IMG/VR virus record: IMGVR_UViG_3300042564_006100
Coordinates: 1 to 64,000 of that record
Length of the DNA stretch: 64,000 nucleotides
Source of the DNA: a virus
Strand: one strand, 5' to 3'
Both the position numbers and the translations under genes were made by a program. Below, in pieces: positions 1-9,307 of the stretch. Every line of letters starts with the position of its first letter. Positions within the stretch are counted from its first letter, which is position 1. The notes beneath the pieces were generated by a model that was given only the letters and a program-made list of their open reading frames with translations, searched no databases and was not told the DNA's origin.

Positions 1-201
1 GACAACCTTGATCTGACTCGCCGATCTTGCAGAGGTGTGACGGATGGGAAACCCGTTGCCAATCCAGCCAGCGCTCCCCTGCGCCCGGGGGATAGTCGGC
101 ATCCCCAAACAAGTTTGACCCTGTTAGATGCTTCTTAGACAAATCATAAGGTCATAAGAGCCTTGTAAGCACCGGTGAAAACTGGTAGAGCAGAGCCCGC
201 A

Positions 202-1242
202 ATGGCACTTTTTCTCACACGCGCCGGCCGCCAAGGCCAACACGAGCAGAAATTTCTCAACGACGGTCGAATCTACTTCACCTGGAGTGGGATGACGAGG
301 GATCTCAACGATGCGCAGGACCTTCCCGCATACTACGGGCTATTTGGAGAGATTTACCCCGAGGAGAGCAAGGGGGCTGTTCAGAATTGGGCCAGACAAG
401 GTATGCAGTTCTGCCGGGCGATCCAGCCAGGGGATTGGATTGCCCTCCCCAGCAAGTTCAACCCCACAATCCACTTCGGGAAAGTCATGGGCCCTTGTGA
501 GTATGACGCCAATGCAGAGGACATTTACCGCAATTCAAGAAAGGTGGAGTGGTTTGCGCAGGACGTCCCTCGTGACCGGTTTGATCAGGACATCCTTTAT
601 TCGTTTGGGGCGTTTCTCACCGTTTGCCAGATTCAGCGTAACAATGCCGAGGCACGGGTGAAGGAGATGGCCGCTAGCAAATGGACTGTCCCCGCCGTCT
701 CTAAGGCAACGCTTGCTGCCGGGGTTGAGGTTGGCGCGGAAGAGCTTCAGCCTGGTTCAATCGACTTGGAGACAACCGCTTACGATCAGATTTCGAAGCT
801 CATCATGGCCAAATTCAAAGGTCACGGACTGGCATCATTGGTGAAGGCCATCCTCGAAACTGAGGGGTATGTCGTCCACCAGCCGCCGGAGGGGCCCGAC
901 AATGGAGTTGACCTGTTGGCGGCACCGGGCGGCCTCGGTTTCGGCCAACCGAGAATTTGCGTTCAGGTGAAGTCTGGGGATTCGCCAGTGGAGAGGGTCG
1001 TTCTCGACCAGTTGATTGGCACCATGCAGAACCACCAAGCGCAGCATGGGCTTCTCGTTAGCTGGGGCGGTTTCAAACAGTCCATTGAGAAGGATCGGGC
1101 AGCACAGTTTTTCAGGGTCCGGCTTTGGAATCGTGATACGCTGATCTCAAACTTGCTCGCGGCATACGACCGTCTGGATGAAGAGATCCGGAGCAAACTC
1201 CCGCTGAAGCGCATCTGGTGTGTGGCAGGGGAAGAGGAATGA
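202..1242 (+). CDS. Mrr-like type IV restriction endonuclease
   Basis: C-terminal Mrr_cat-type motif (GPDNGVDL...ICVQVK...LIGTM...GLLVSWGGF); ATG 202 preferred over GTG 175. Confidence 0.85.
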   Translation: MALFLTRAGRQGQHEQKFLNDGRIYFTWSGMTRDLNDAQDLPAYYGLFGEIYPEESKGAVQNWARQGMQFCRAIQPGDWIALPSKFNPTIHFGKVMGPCEYDANAEDIYRNSRKVEWFAQDVPRDRFDQDILYSFGAFLTVCQIQRNNAEARVKEMAASKWTVPAVSKATLAAGVEVGAEELQPGSIDLETTAYDQISKLIMAKFKGHGLASLVKAILETEGYVVHQPPEGPDNGVDLLAAPGGLGFGQPRICVQVKSGDSPVERVVLDQLIGTMQNHQAQHGLLVSWGGFKQSIEKDRAAQFFRVRLWNRDTLISNLLAAYDRLDEEIRSKLPLKRIWCVAGEEE

Positions 1243-1262
1243 TCGACTCCAACTCCGAAAGC

Positions 1263-1291
1263 CCTTGATCGGAGGCACAGATCTGGCAGAT
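1263..1291 (+). promoter_or_regulatory. Bipartite promoter-like motif CCTTGAT-N15-GGCAGAT facing integrase 1
   Basis: Same 29-nt spacing at 6-34, 53765-53793 and (as CATGGAC-N15-GGCAGAT) 28073-28101, 29170-29198, 29341-29369. Confidence 0.55.
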
Positions 1292-1387
1292 GAGTGAAGG
1301 ATGGAGGAGAACTTAACCTGCAAAGCCAGCTACCGGATTTCCGGGAAGACGGTTCATGTCGGTCGGGCTTCAAATCCATCCATTCAT

Positions 1388-1631
1388 CCGGGACAGAATG
1401 ACGGGTTTTCCGACGGATTTCTGACAAAGATCCGTGTCGTCACTTGTCGTTCTGGGCAACCCGGAGACTCCAACGACCCAGTCAAACCAATGAAATCAAT
1501 AGATTACACACCGTCCGTGGGCTTCCCGCCCGATCCGCCATCGTTAAAGAGCAATCCCCCAAGTCACTCAAAATCAGTTGATTGTGACGCTAATGAAGGG
1601 ACTGCGACAGGAATTCCAGAAAGAATTCCAG
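1388..1631. other. Putative att junction (left end of prophage A): core TCCGCCATC 1534-1542 with flanking arm-type direct repeats
   Basis: Core repeated at 54035-54043 and resembles a tRNA 3' end (CTCCGCCA); TTTCyGAC x2 at 1406-1426; GAATTCCAG x2 at 1611-1631. Confidence 0.55.
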
Positions 1632-1657
1632 CACACTTGACACGGCGACCGGGTCCG

Positions 1658-2983
1658 ATGACCCGAAAACGTAAACGCAGCAGTGTCGTGGAGATCGGAA
1701 CCGGTCCCGCGAGAGTCAAGATCTACACCGTCAATCGCAAGGACGGCTACTCGATGTTCTCCCTCTATTGGAAGGAAGGTGGCCAGAGAAAGGTTCGCCA
1801 CCTCGCCTGCATGGAGGAAGCCCGCCTGATCGCTCAGCAGACCACGGTCAGACTGACGAACGGGTGGAGCGCCAGTGACGAGGTGACCAAGCGCGAACTT
1901 GAGTTGCTTCGCCACTGCGAGCGCAAAGCCCAAGAATTTGGCGTCAGCCTGACCGCTGCGATGGACGAGTGGGCCAGCGCCCGAAAAGCCGCCGGAGAAA
2001 TCACCCTCTCCGATGCCGTCCGGTTCTACGCTGCAAATCGGATTGACCTGCTCGCCGTCCGAACCATCACCCAGACAGCCGACGAGTTCGTCGAATCCCG
2101 ACGCGGCAGTGGGGTAAGCGACATTTATGTCCGGAACTGCAAGGCAAGCCTGAAGCGGTTCACAGACTGTGTTCAGGGCAACATCACGGACGTGACAGTC
2201 GCCGACATCAACCGATTCCTCAAAGGGCTCAAAGGACTTGGGCCTGTCAGCCGGAACGGAATCCGCCGCAACATCGTGACCATGTTCAGTTTCGCCAAGC
2301 GCCAGGGCTACCTCCACCCCGAACGGAAGACTGCCGCCGAGCTATCCGAGACGTTCAAACAGCCGGAGACGGAGATCCAGATCTTCACCCCGGAGGAAAT
2401 GGAACGACTGCTTTTAGCGGCCCACGCCCGAATCCTCCCCCTCATGGCCATCGGAGCGTTCGCAGGAATTCGGTCAGCGGAAATCCACCGCCTCGATTGG
2501 GAGGACATCAAGTGGGATCGCGGCCACATCGAGATCGCAGGCAAGAAAGCGAAGACAGCAGCGCGGCGACTCGTTCCGCTATCGGACAACCTGAAAGCAT
2601 GGCTTGCCCCGTGGCGCGGCGAGACTGGCAAGATCATCTCCATCACCGACTACTCAGGCGCTCTGAGCGATACTGCCGTGAAAGCCAAGATCCCCGGCGG
2701 ATGGCGGCAGAATGCCCTCAGACACTCGTTCATCAGCTATCGGGTAGCGGAGACCGGCGACGTAGCCCGGACCTCTCTGGAGGCTGGTAACTCCCCGAAA
2801 ATGATCTTCCGCCACTACCGGGAGATCGTGGACGAGGAGGCGGCGAAGGCGTGGTGGTCGATCCGTCCCCCGGAAGGATGGGTGCCTCCGGAACTCAAAT
2901 GGTCGATCAAGCAGCGATTGGAGCGCCTGTCCTGTCGTCAGGACGAGCCATGCGTTGACACAGCCAACGATGCGCAACCATGA
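1658..2983 (+). CDS. Tyrosine recombinase / phage integrase 1
   Basis: AGIRSAE, KAKT, NALRHSF, GNSPKMIFRHY catalytic motifs; frame is open from 1301 but strong similarity to integrase 2 starts at MTRKRKR (1658). Confidence 0.93.
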   Translation: MTRKRKRSSVVEIGTGPARVKIYTVNRKDGYSMFSLYWKEGGQRKVRHLACMEEARLIAQQTTVRLTNGWSASDEVTKRELELLRHCERKAQEFGVSLTAAMDEWASARKAAGEITLSDAVRFYAANRIDLLAVRTITQTADEFVESRRGSGVSDIYVRNCKASLKRFTDCVQGNITDVTVADINRFLKGLKGLGPVSRNGIRRNIVTMFSFAKRQGYLHPERKTAAELSETFKQPETEIQIFTPEEMERLLLAAHARILPLMAIGAFAGIRSAEIHRLDWEDIKWDRGHIEIAGKKAKTAARRLVPLSDNLKAWLAPWRGETGKIISITDYSGALSDTAVKAKIPGGWRQNALRHSFISYRVAETGDVARTSLEAGNSPKMIFRHYREIVDEEAAKAWWSIRPPEGWVPPELKWSIKQRLERLSCRQDEPCVDTANDAQP

Positions 2984-3249
2984 AAGCCACAATCCTCAAA
3001 CATCCCGCCCGGACCTCCAACACAAGCCAACCGCTCGAAGGAGGTGGAAGCTCGGGCTTCAATCATCCAACCCTGATCAAGAAGAAGGAACTGGCAAAGC
3101 GCCTGTCGGTGAGCACTCGATCCATCGATACCTGGGTCGCCAAAAGAGTGATCGCCTACATCCAAATCACTCCGCGGTCCTACCTGTTTGAGTTCGAGGC
3201 GGTGCTGGCCGCACTGAAGAAGCATTATCAGGTGGACGCTCGATCCTGA
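2980..3249 (+). CDS. Excisionase-like HTH protein
   Basis: LIKKKELAKRLSVSTRSIDTW; ATGA overlap with integrase; paralog at 55484. Confidence 0.8.
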   Translation: MKATILKHPARTSNTSQPLEGGGSSGFNHPTLIKKKELAKRLSVSTRSIDTWVAKRVIAYIQITPRSYLFEFEAVLAALKKHYQVDARS

Positions 3250-3261
3250 TTCCTGAGCACA

Positions 3262-3297
3262 AAAAACCCCGGACGGTGAAAGCCATCCGGGGTTTTT
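3262..3297. terminator. Bidirectional intrinsic terminator
   Basis: AAAAACCCCGGA-loop-TCCGGGGTTTTT; identical 36 bp at 55724-55759. Confidence 0.85.
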
Positions 3298-3427
3298 ATT
3301 GCTCATGCCTACTTTTTTAATGATCTCGCTGTAGCGAATTCGCCATTGCTTTTTTTTTGAAAGCGCCTACTCGGGTGCATCAAATTACATTTCATTTCCT
3401 AAATTCGAAACCTGAAAATCTGATCTT

Positions 3428-4984
3428 ATGCGAACCACAGTCACTACACTACGATCCGCCCTCCTCATTGGTGCCGCCATCGCGTGTGTCGAGAGTATCC
3501 CAGCGATGGGCACTCTCGCTCCGCTGACCACTTTCGACTCTGACGGCTGGATCGCCCCGGGGGGCACCAACCCGTACGTCACCACCGGCAACTTCGAGCG
3601 GGGCATGGGCTGGAATCCAGTCACCAAGAATCTCGTCCTGCCAAGCCGCAGCGGTGGCAACTTTGTGGCGATTATCAACGGCACCACGGGCGCGGTCGTC
3701 AAGACACTCGATACGACTGGCGTGACGGGTGGCACTCTCCCGATGATGGGTGCAGGAGTATCCAATGACGGCCAAATTTTCGTGTCCAATCTTCAGTCTG
3801 GAGCGGTTGCCCTGAGCCCTTACAAGATCTACAAATGGTCCTCGGAGAACGACACGGCCGCCCCCACGACCGCCTTTTCACAGGTGAATCCAGCAGTGAC
3901 GACGGGGGCGTGGCGTTTCGGCGACGCCTTCGCCGTCTACGGGTCGGGCACGAGCCTGCAGTTCGCCGCGGCCGGCGCCACGACGGGCACGTCGAACAGC
4001 CTGAATAACAACGGCAACTTCATGGTCGGGAAGCTGGACGGCTCCAACACCAACACGATTTACCGGGCCATCCCAAATACCCTGACGGCGAGTAACGATT
4101 ATCGCCTCAGCCTCACCTTCGTCGATGCCGACACGATCATCGGAAACCAAGGCGCGAGCGCGAAGCTCACCGACTTCGTGCCCGCCACGACCCTGAGCAA
4201 CACCGGTGCGACGATCAGTGCGGCGATCGGCTTGGGCGTTGCCGACCGACCTGTCGATTATACCTTGCTCAATGGTCGGGCTCTGCTGGCGACGGTGAAC
4301 ACGCAAAGCTCGTTGATCTCAATCTACGACATCACCGACCCCGCTGCCGCCACGCTCCTAGTGACCGGTTCCACAGTGAGTGGAGTGCTCACCGGAAACG
4401 CGAATGCGACGGGCGGGATCCATTGGGGCGAGGCGCTGAGCCCCACCTCGCAGGTGCTCTACGCGATGAGCACCAACCAGGGCATTCAAGCTATGGTCTT
4501 CACAACGGCACCCGAGCCGACTTCTTACTCCACATGGGCTTCTTCAAAGGGACTCACTGGCTCCCCTGGTTTTGAAAACGGCAAGTCCGATGATCCGGAC
4601 AACGATGGCTACAACAACCTCACGGAATTTGCCCTTGATGGAGCCCCTCTCTCGGGCGCCAACGACGGCAAGGTCATCGGCAAGGTCGCCACGGTGAGCG
4701 GCAGCAAGGTCCTTACTCTGACCCTGCCAGTCCGCGCACAGGCTAACTTCCCCGCCGGCACCGGCGACCGGGTTTCTGACCCCATCGATGGCATTGTTTA
4801 CCGCATCGAAGGTGACGTGAATCTCAGCACCTTCGCCGACACTATATCGGAGGTGACTCCAGCGCTTGACGCTGGTCTGCCTGTGCTTTCCACGGGTTGG
4901 ACCTACCGCACCTTCCGCGCTCCCGGCACTATACCTACCGTGCCTCAGGCCTTCCTCCGCGTCAAGATCAGCGAAGCTCCCTGA
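3428..4984 (+). CDS. Secreted DUF4623-like protein with verrucomicrobial C-terminal domain
   Basis: Signal peptide; ERGMGWNP...LVLPSR and LYAMSTNQGIQA; C-terminal YSTWA...DPDNDGYNNLTEFAL...FLRVKI. Confidence 0.6.
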   Translation: MRTTVTTLRSALLIGAAIACVESIPAMGTLAPLTTFDSDGWIAPGGTNPYVTTGNFERGMGWNPVTKNLVLPSRSGGNFVAIINGTTGAVVKTLDTTGVTGGTLPMMGAGVSNDGQIFVSNLQSGAVALSPYKIYKWSSENDTAAPTTAFSQVNPAVTTGAWRFGDAFAVYGSGTSLQFAAAGATTGTSNSLNNNGNFMVGKLDGSNTNTIYRAIPNTLTASNDYRLSLTFVDADTIIGNQGASAKLTDFVPATTLSNTGATISAAIGLGVADRPVDYTLLNGRALLATVNTQSSLISIYDITDPAAATLLVTGSTVSGVLTGNANATGGIHWGEALSPTSQVLYAMSTNQGIQAMVFTTAPEPTSYSTWASSKGLTGSPGFENGKSDDPDNDGYNNLTEFALDGAPLSGANDGKVIGKVATVSGSKVLTLTLPVRAQANFPAGTGDRVSDPIDGIVYRIEGDVNLSTFADTISEVTPALDAGLPVLSTGWTYRTFRAPGTIPTVPQAFLRVKISEAP

Positions 4985-5159
4985 GAGGCTTCCAAGATTT
5001 CTTTCTGTTCCGGTTACTTGCCTTCGGCACATGCGTAAATGGGGTCCTCGCGGATTCACATACGGCCAAAATAAAGCAACCCCCTTTTCCCCGCCCTCCG
5101 GTCCGACCCAATGGCTCTTTCAGGAGCCTCCCGCAGAAAGCAAATTCCTAGCAGCCCCT

Positions 5160-6660
5160 CGTATTGCGCCAATGATAAATGACACCGGAGGGGGTGAGTC
5201 GTTGCGCCAGGATTCATGACACCCGGCGCTTGGTTTGATTTTGGTTTTTCGGGGTGGTTTTGACAAGATTTTCCGCAGGGGCGGACGGAGTGGAGGCGCA
5301 GGGAGCGATAGCGACCGAAGCCGTAACGCAGTCCGCCCCTGCGGCGGCCCGCTGGGGGTGGGTCTCTCCAGCTCGCTCCATTTCCTCCTGACGGTCTTCT
5401 TCGATGCGCTCAACGATGGTGAAGATCCTTCCCAGTCGCGCTTCGATATCGGCTGCTAGGTCCATTGGGTCGAGGCCGCAGCGGGTGGCACGAAGTTGGA
5501 CTTTGGTTTCTTCGCTGACTTTGGCGCAGGCCAGGAGCCGGTCGCAGGGCGTGGCGGGGGTGTCGTATTTCTTGCGAACTTTGCTGCCTGTCCTTTGCTT
5601 TTCAATGAGTTTCATCACGGGGGTGAAGTGGTTGCGAAGGGGGAGCCAGGCCTTTTCGTAGAGCTCGTTGACTTGTTCACGGAGCTCAAGATCGCCGAAT
5701 CGCCCGTAACCTAACAATTGCCGGACGTGGGTGAAGTTCTTCTGCTCGACGTGGGCTTGGTCGTTCTTTTTGTAGGCTCGCGAACGGGTCCATTCGACGC
5801 TCCGCTTGCGCCGCAGGAGGTAGGCTTCAACCACTTCATTGAGGAATTCGCTGCCGTTGTCGCAGTCGAATCCGAGCATCGGAAAGGGCAGGCGTTTTTC
5901 AATCCGCTCAAGGCCTACGCGCACTTCACCGCCGCTGTTGCCCCAGAGCGCCGCTAACTCGGTCCATCCGCTGTGGAAGTCGGTGAGTGTCAGGCTCCAG
6001 AGGAACGCTCCGCTGCTGCTTCCTCCTCCATGCGAGACGGTGTCGGCTTCGAACCAACCCGGCTCGTCGAAGGCTTGCGGGCCGCAGCGGATCGGGACGA
6101 ATTTCTTGATCCGGTTGCTGGCTCGGCCGGTTTTGCGTCCGAGGCGACCGCTACCCGCACTGCGATGAGGGGCGGTGATGCGATCCAAGGTGCGCGGGCT
6201 GTAGCTGAGGATTTTCTCATGGATGGTGGCTTCGAGTAAGCCGTGGCGGGCTTGGTAGCTGTCCATCCAGAGCGGCAGGGTTTGCTTCAGACGCGTGCCG
6301 CAAGGCTGCTCGCTGTGTTTCCAGATGGCCACAATCACGGACTGCTCCGCCGGGCCGTAACCGGGCTTCGATCCCCGCCTTTTGGCTTTATTGCCGTGGG
6401 TGACTTGCCGGTTGAGGGCTTTGATGGTGTGTTTGCGATCCCAACCAAGCGTGTCGCTGACCTCGTCGATCATCGCACCTCTCCCCGCTCGGTTCCTGCT
6501 TGGATAACGCTCCCGGCAGCTCTCCAGATACTCTTCTTTGCTCGTATGACTCATGATCCCAGATAGTGTTTTCATCTGGGTGTCATTCTTTCTGGCGCAA
6601 CGACCGACTACAGCCGATTTCTCATCCCCTTCCCGGTGTCATTCTACTTGGCGCAATGCG
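5160..6660 (-). mobile_element. IS element (DDE/rve-type, ISNCY/IS481-like)
   Basis: Imperfect terminal inverted repeats CGyATTGCGCCAA...ATGACACC, each with a second internal copy. Confidence 0.75.
5214..6575 (-). CDS. Transposase, integrase core domain
   Basis: FEADTV, DCDNGSEF, KNDQAHVEQKN DDE motifs. Confidence 0.9.
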   Translation of the reverse strand: MKTLSGIMSHTSKEEYLESCRERYPSRNRAGRGAMIDEVSDTLGWDRKHTIKALNRQVTHGNKAKRRGSKPGYGPAEQSVIVAIWKHSEQPCGTRLKQTLPLWMDSYQARHGLLEATIHEKILSYSPRTLDRITAPHRSAGSGRLGRKTGRASNRIKKFVPIRCGPQAFDEPGWFEADTVSHGGGSSSGAFLWSLTLTDFHSGWTELAALWGNSGGEVRVGLERIEKRLPFPMLGFDCDNGSEFLNEVVEAYLLRRKRSVEWTRSRAYKKNDQAHVEQKNFTHVRQLLGYGRFGDLELREQVNELYEKAWLPLRNHFTPVMKLIEKQRTGSKVRKKYDTPATPCDRLLACAKVSEETKVQLRATRCGLDPMDLAADIEARLGRIFTIVERIEEDRQEEMERAGETHPQRAAAGADCVTASVAIAPCASTPSAPAENLVKTTPKNQNQTKRRVS

Positions 6661-6771
6661 GCCTATCCCGGAGGCATCTAATTTTTTTTGACAAATGCCT
6701 ATTGACCACATAAACGATGCGCCGACCTTACGGGGATTAATGTAACAATCTAGTATCTGAAATTTGATCAA

Positions 6772-7551
6772 ATGAAATCTAATATATCATCAGGAATGTC
6801 GACCTCATCTCTTTTTTGCGGTTCGGCGATTGGTAATGCGGTCTTCGCAATTATGGCATTCGGAGCATTCGCGTCTCCAGCCATGGGCGCGACCGTCGCG
6901 TTTGTCTCCCTCCCCACTGGTGTCACCACTGGGAGTTCATCGATCCAGTCCGGCACCACCTACACGACAAACCTCGGCTACGCCTTCAAGACCGGCCCGT
7001 CCGGGACGTTCGATATCGACTGGATGAAACTGGAATTGACGAGCAGCGCCGCTTCGGGATCAGGATCGTTCAAGATCTGGATCAATGGAACCGACAACGA
7101 CACGGCCTATTCGGCGGTCGCCAGCAGCACCGTGCACGCGGCCGACACCGTCAGTTTCACGACGCCGGCAACGTCCAACACGCCCTTCACCTTGACGTTG
7201 GCCGCCGCTGATCTCCCGAACATCAGCGCCTACTCACTCCTTCCAAACACCGCGTATTCCCTCTTCGTGAATAGTGCCTCCGGTAGCGGCATCGCCCTGC
7301 GGCGGGTACAAGGATTGGCCAACGGAACCACCAACGACCAGTACGATGTGACCAACGGCTTCACGATGCTCGATACCTTCAGAAACAACACTCCCAACTA
7401 CGCCAACAGTCAAGGGCCTCCTGTTTCCCATGCTGTCTTCGCGATTTCGTTTGGCGGTACTCCGGCAGCGGTCCCCGAGCCGTCTGCTATGGCTTTATTT
7501 TCCATCTTCGTCGGGGGCGGCCTTCTCCGTCGCCATCGCAGAAGTCGTTGA
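6772..7551 (+). CDS. PEP-CTERM sorting domain protein
   Basis: Signal peptide; C-terminal VPEPSAMALF-TM-RRHRRSR. Confidence 0.85.
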   Translation: MKSNISSGMSTSSLFCGSAIGNAVFAIMAFGAFASPAMGATVAFVSLPTGVTTGSSSIQSGTTYTTNLGYAFKTGPSGTFDIDWMKLELTSSAASGSGSFKIWINGTDNDTAYSAVASSTVHAADTVSFTTPATSNTPFTLTLAAADLPNISAYSLLPNTAYSLFVNSASGSGIALRRVQGLANGTTNDQYDVTNGFTMLDTFRNNTPNYANSQGPPVSHAVFAISFGGTPAAVPEPSAMALFSIFVGGGLLRRHRRSR

Positions 7552-7590
7552 TATCTTCGGTGTTCACAGCAACGGTGTCCAATTTTTGTC

Positions 7591-8112
7591 TCATAAGGTG
7601 GCATAAATCTTGTCGAGACGGGCTAGGGCTTGGGTCCAGGTGCGCGTGGTATCCAAATGATTTTTCAACCAGCGGATGAACTTCACGGTGCGCTGAGTGA
7701 GGCGCTGGATGGCCTTTTGGAGATCCGTCAGTCCGCCCAATCCCTTGCACTTCGAGTCCTCGTCCCGGTTGGCGAGGGTTTGCGCCTTGCGTTTGGTCTC
7801 CGCCTCGTTGCGGATTCCAGTCTCCCGGAAAATTTGTTCTTCCATGAGAGTCATCAGGTTGTGGGTTAGGCATAACAAGCGGGCCTGGCAGGTTTTCGCG
7901 TTCGCGGTGCTGGCCCAGGACTTGGTTTCGCCGAGTTTGTTTTTGAACTCGTCGAAGACCTTTTCAACATCCCAGCGGGACTTGTAGAGGAGGGCGACAA
8001 TGCCAGGGAGAATGGCGGGCGGCAGGTTCGTTAGATAGGAGTAAGCAATTCCGGTTTCCGGATCTTGGTAGATGACCCGCCGCACGCTCACGCCGGCGTT
8101 GGTGGTGACCAT
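7591..8112 (-). pseudogene. IS4-family transposase, C-terminal fragment
   Basis: YLTNLP...LYKSRWDVEKVFDEFK (YREK signature); N-terminal part missing. Confidence 0.75.
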
Positions 8113-8357
8113 CTCATCGAAAATTACGGGAGACAGAAATAATCAAATTTTTCTTGCAAACTTCGGCATGGGATTTGTGAAAGCTTGGAAATCAATACTT
8201 TGTAGATTTCAGAAAGTAGAAAGCATGCACCTGGTTGAAGGATAAAATTCCGTCACCCACGCGCCAAAAATCGCAGGCCAGAAACGCGCAAGCTATCAGA
8301 CGCGTGCCCCCGTGGCACCAACCCACCGAGCAGGACAGCGCCCACGCGGCCACCCAC

Positions 8358-8576
8358 CTAAAGATCCGCGCCACCGCCGAGCATCTGCTTCAAAACGAGG
8401 CACAAAGCATGCTCGCACAATGGAGCAAGCAAAAAACTGATTGTTTCTGTCTCCTGTAATTTCCGCGATGCGTGGGAACGGCTCGTGCGGTGGGTCGATT
8501 CATTGAAGGTCGTGCCCGACGACGGCATCGACGTGCGAGTCACGCCCTTGCGCACTTTGAGTTCACGCGTCGTCAT
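8358..8576 (-). pseudogene. Probable truncated next tail-operon gene
   Basis: ATGA-coupled to stop of 8573-9304; runs into unrelated sequence near the IS fragment. Confidence 0.35.
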
Positions 8577-9304
8577 TGCTTGCTGGCCTTCTCATAGATC
8601 TCCTCCACCCAGCCGCTCGGCGGTGAGAGCAGCCATTCGTTTTCGATGCGCCACACGTCGCCGTTCTGCGAAATCTTCGGCGGCATCGCCATCCATGTCC
8701 GGCTGCCGAAATCAATATTCGTGATCGAGTCGGGGGCGTCCGGGATGCTGGAATAGACCTTGCCGATGTCGTTGATCGCGTTCTTGGGAATCTGCTTCGC
8801 CGACCATGTGCGGGTGACGCGCGCGGTCATCACGGCGTAGGTCGAGGTGCCGAACATTGGGTTTTTCTCGCCAGGTTTGGCTTTGCCTTTGCCGCCGAGT
8901 CCGCCTTTGCCCTTGGCTTCCTTGGGCATGAACTCAGGGAACTTGAGCGGCCCACCCGGCTCCTCGTAATAGCCGCCGTAGGCCGCCTTGATTTCCTTGA
9001 GGTTCGGATGCGACTCAAGCGGCTCCTCGGAAAAATCAAAGCCGAGGTTCCATTGCTCGGTGTCTTCCGGGGCGGGTTCCTCGTCACCAGCGTATCCCTT
9101 GTAAGTCACGGTGACGATCCAGCCGTCGGTGCCGTCGTTGAGCGCCTGCCAGGTCCTCCCCTGTTCGACGAGCCCGTGAAACCGTGCATGCCCGACCGTG
9201 GTGACCTCCGCGATGCTCTTGGCATGATACGATACGGCGAATGACGAAATCATGTTTTCGTCCCTGCCGCCGCTCGCGCCTTCGAGGATGGTGTTCTCAG
9301 CCAT
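8573..9304 (-). CDS. Phage tail-region protein (downstream of tape measure)
   Basis: Position in operon; no recognised motif. Confidence 0.6.
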   Translation of the reverse strand: MAENTILEGASGGRDENMISSFAVSYHAKSIAEVTTVGHARFHGLVEQGRTWQALNDGTDGWIVTVTYKGYAGDEEPAPEDTEQWNLGFDFSEEPLESHPNLKEIKAAYGGYYEEPGGPLKFPEFMPKEAKGKGGLGGKGKAKPGEKNPMFGTSTYAVMTARVTRTWSAKQIPKNAINDIGKVYSSIPDAPDSITNIDFGSRTWMAMPPKISQNGDVWRIENEWLLSPPSGWVEEIYEKASKQ

Positions 9305-9307
9305 GGC

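Noticed and set aside
1505-1542. Intact tRNA at the att cores (also 54010-54043)
   Set aside because: Only a degenerate 3'-end-like fragment; no cloverleaf or TTC loop
1301-1657. 119-aa N-terminal extension of integrase 1
   Set aside because: Crosses the att-like region and the equivalent frame is interrupted before integrase 2; not called as coding, though the shared MEENL start is noted
8235-8459. 74-aa plus-strand ORF
   Set aside because: No recognisable motif; sits in a rearranged junction
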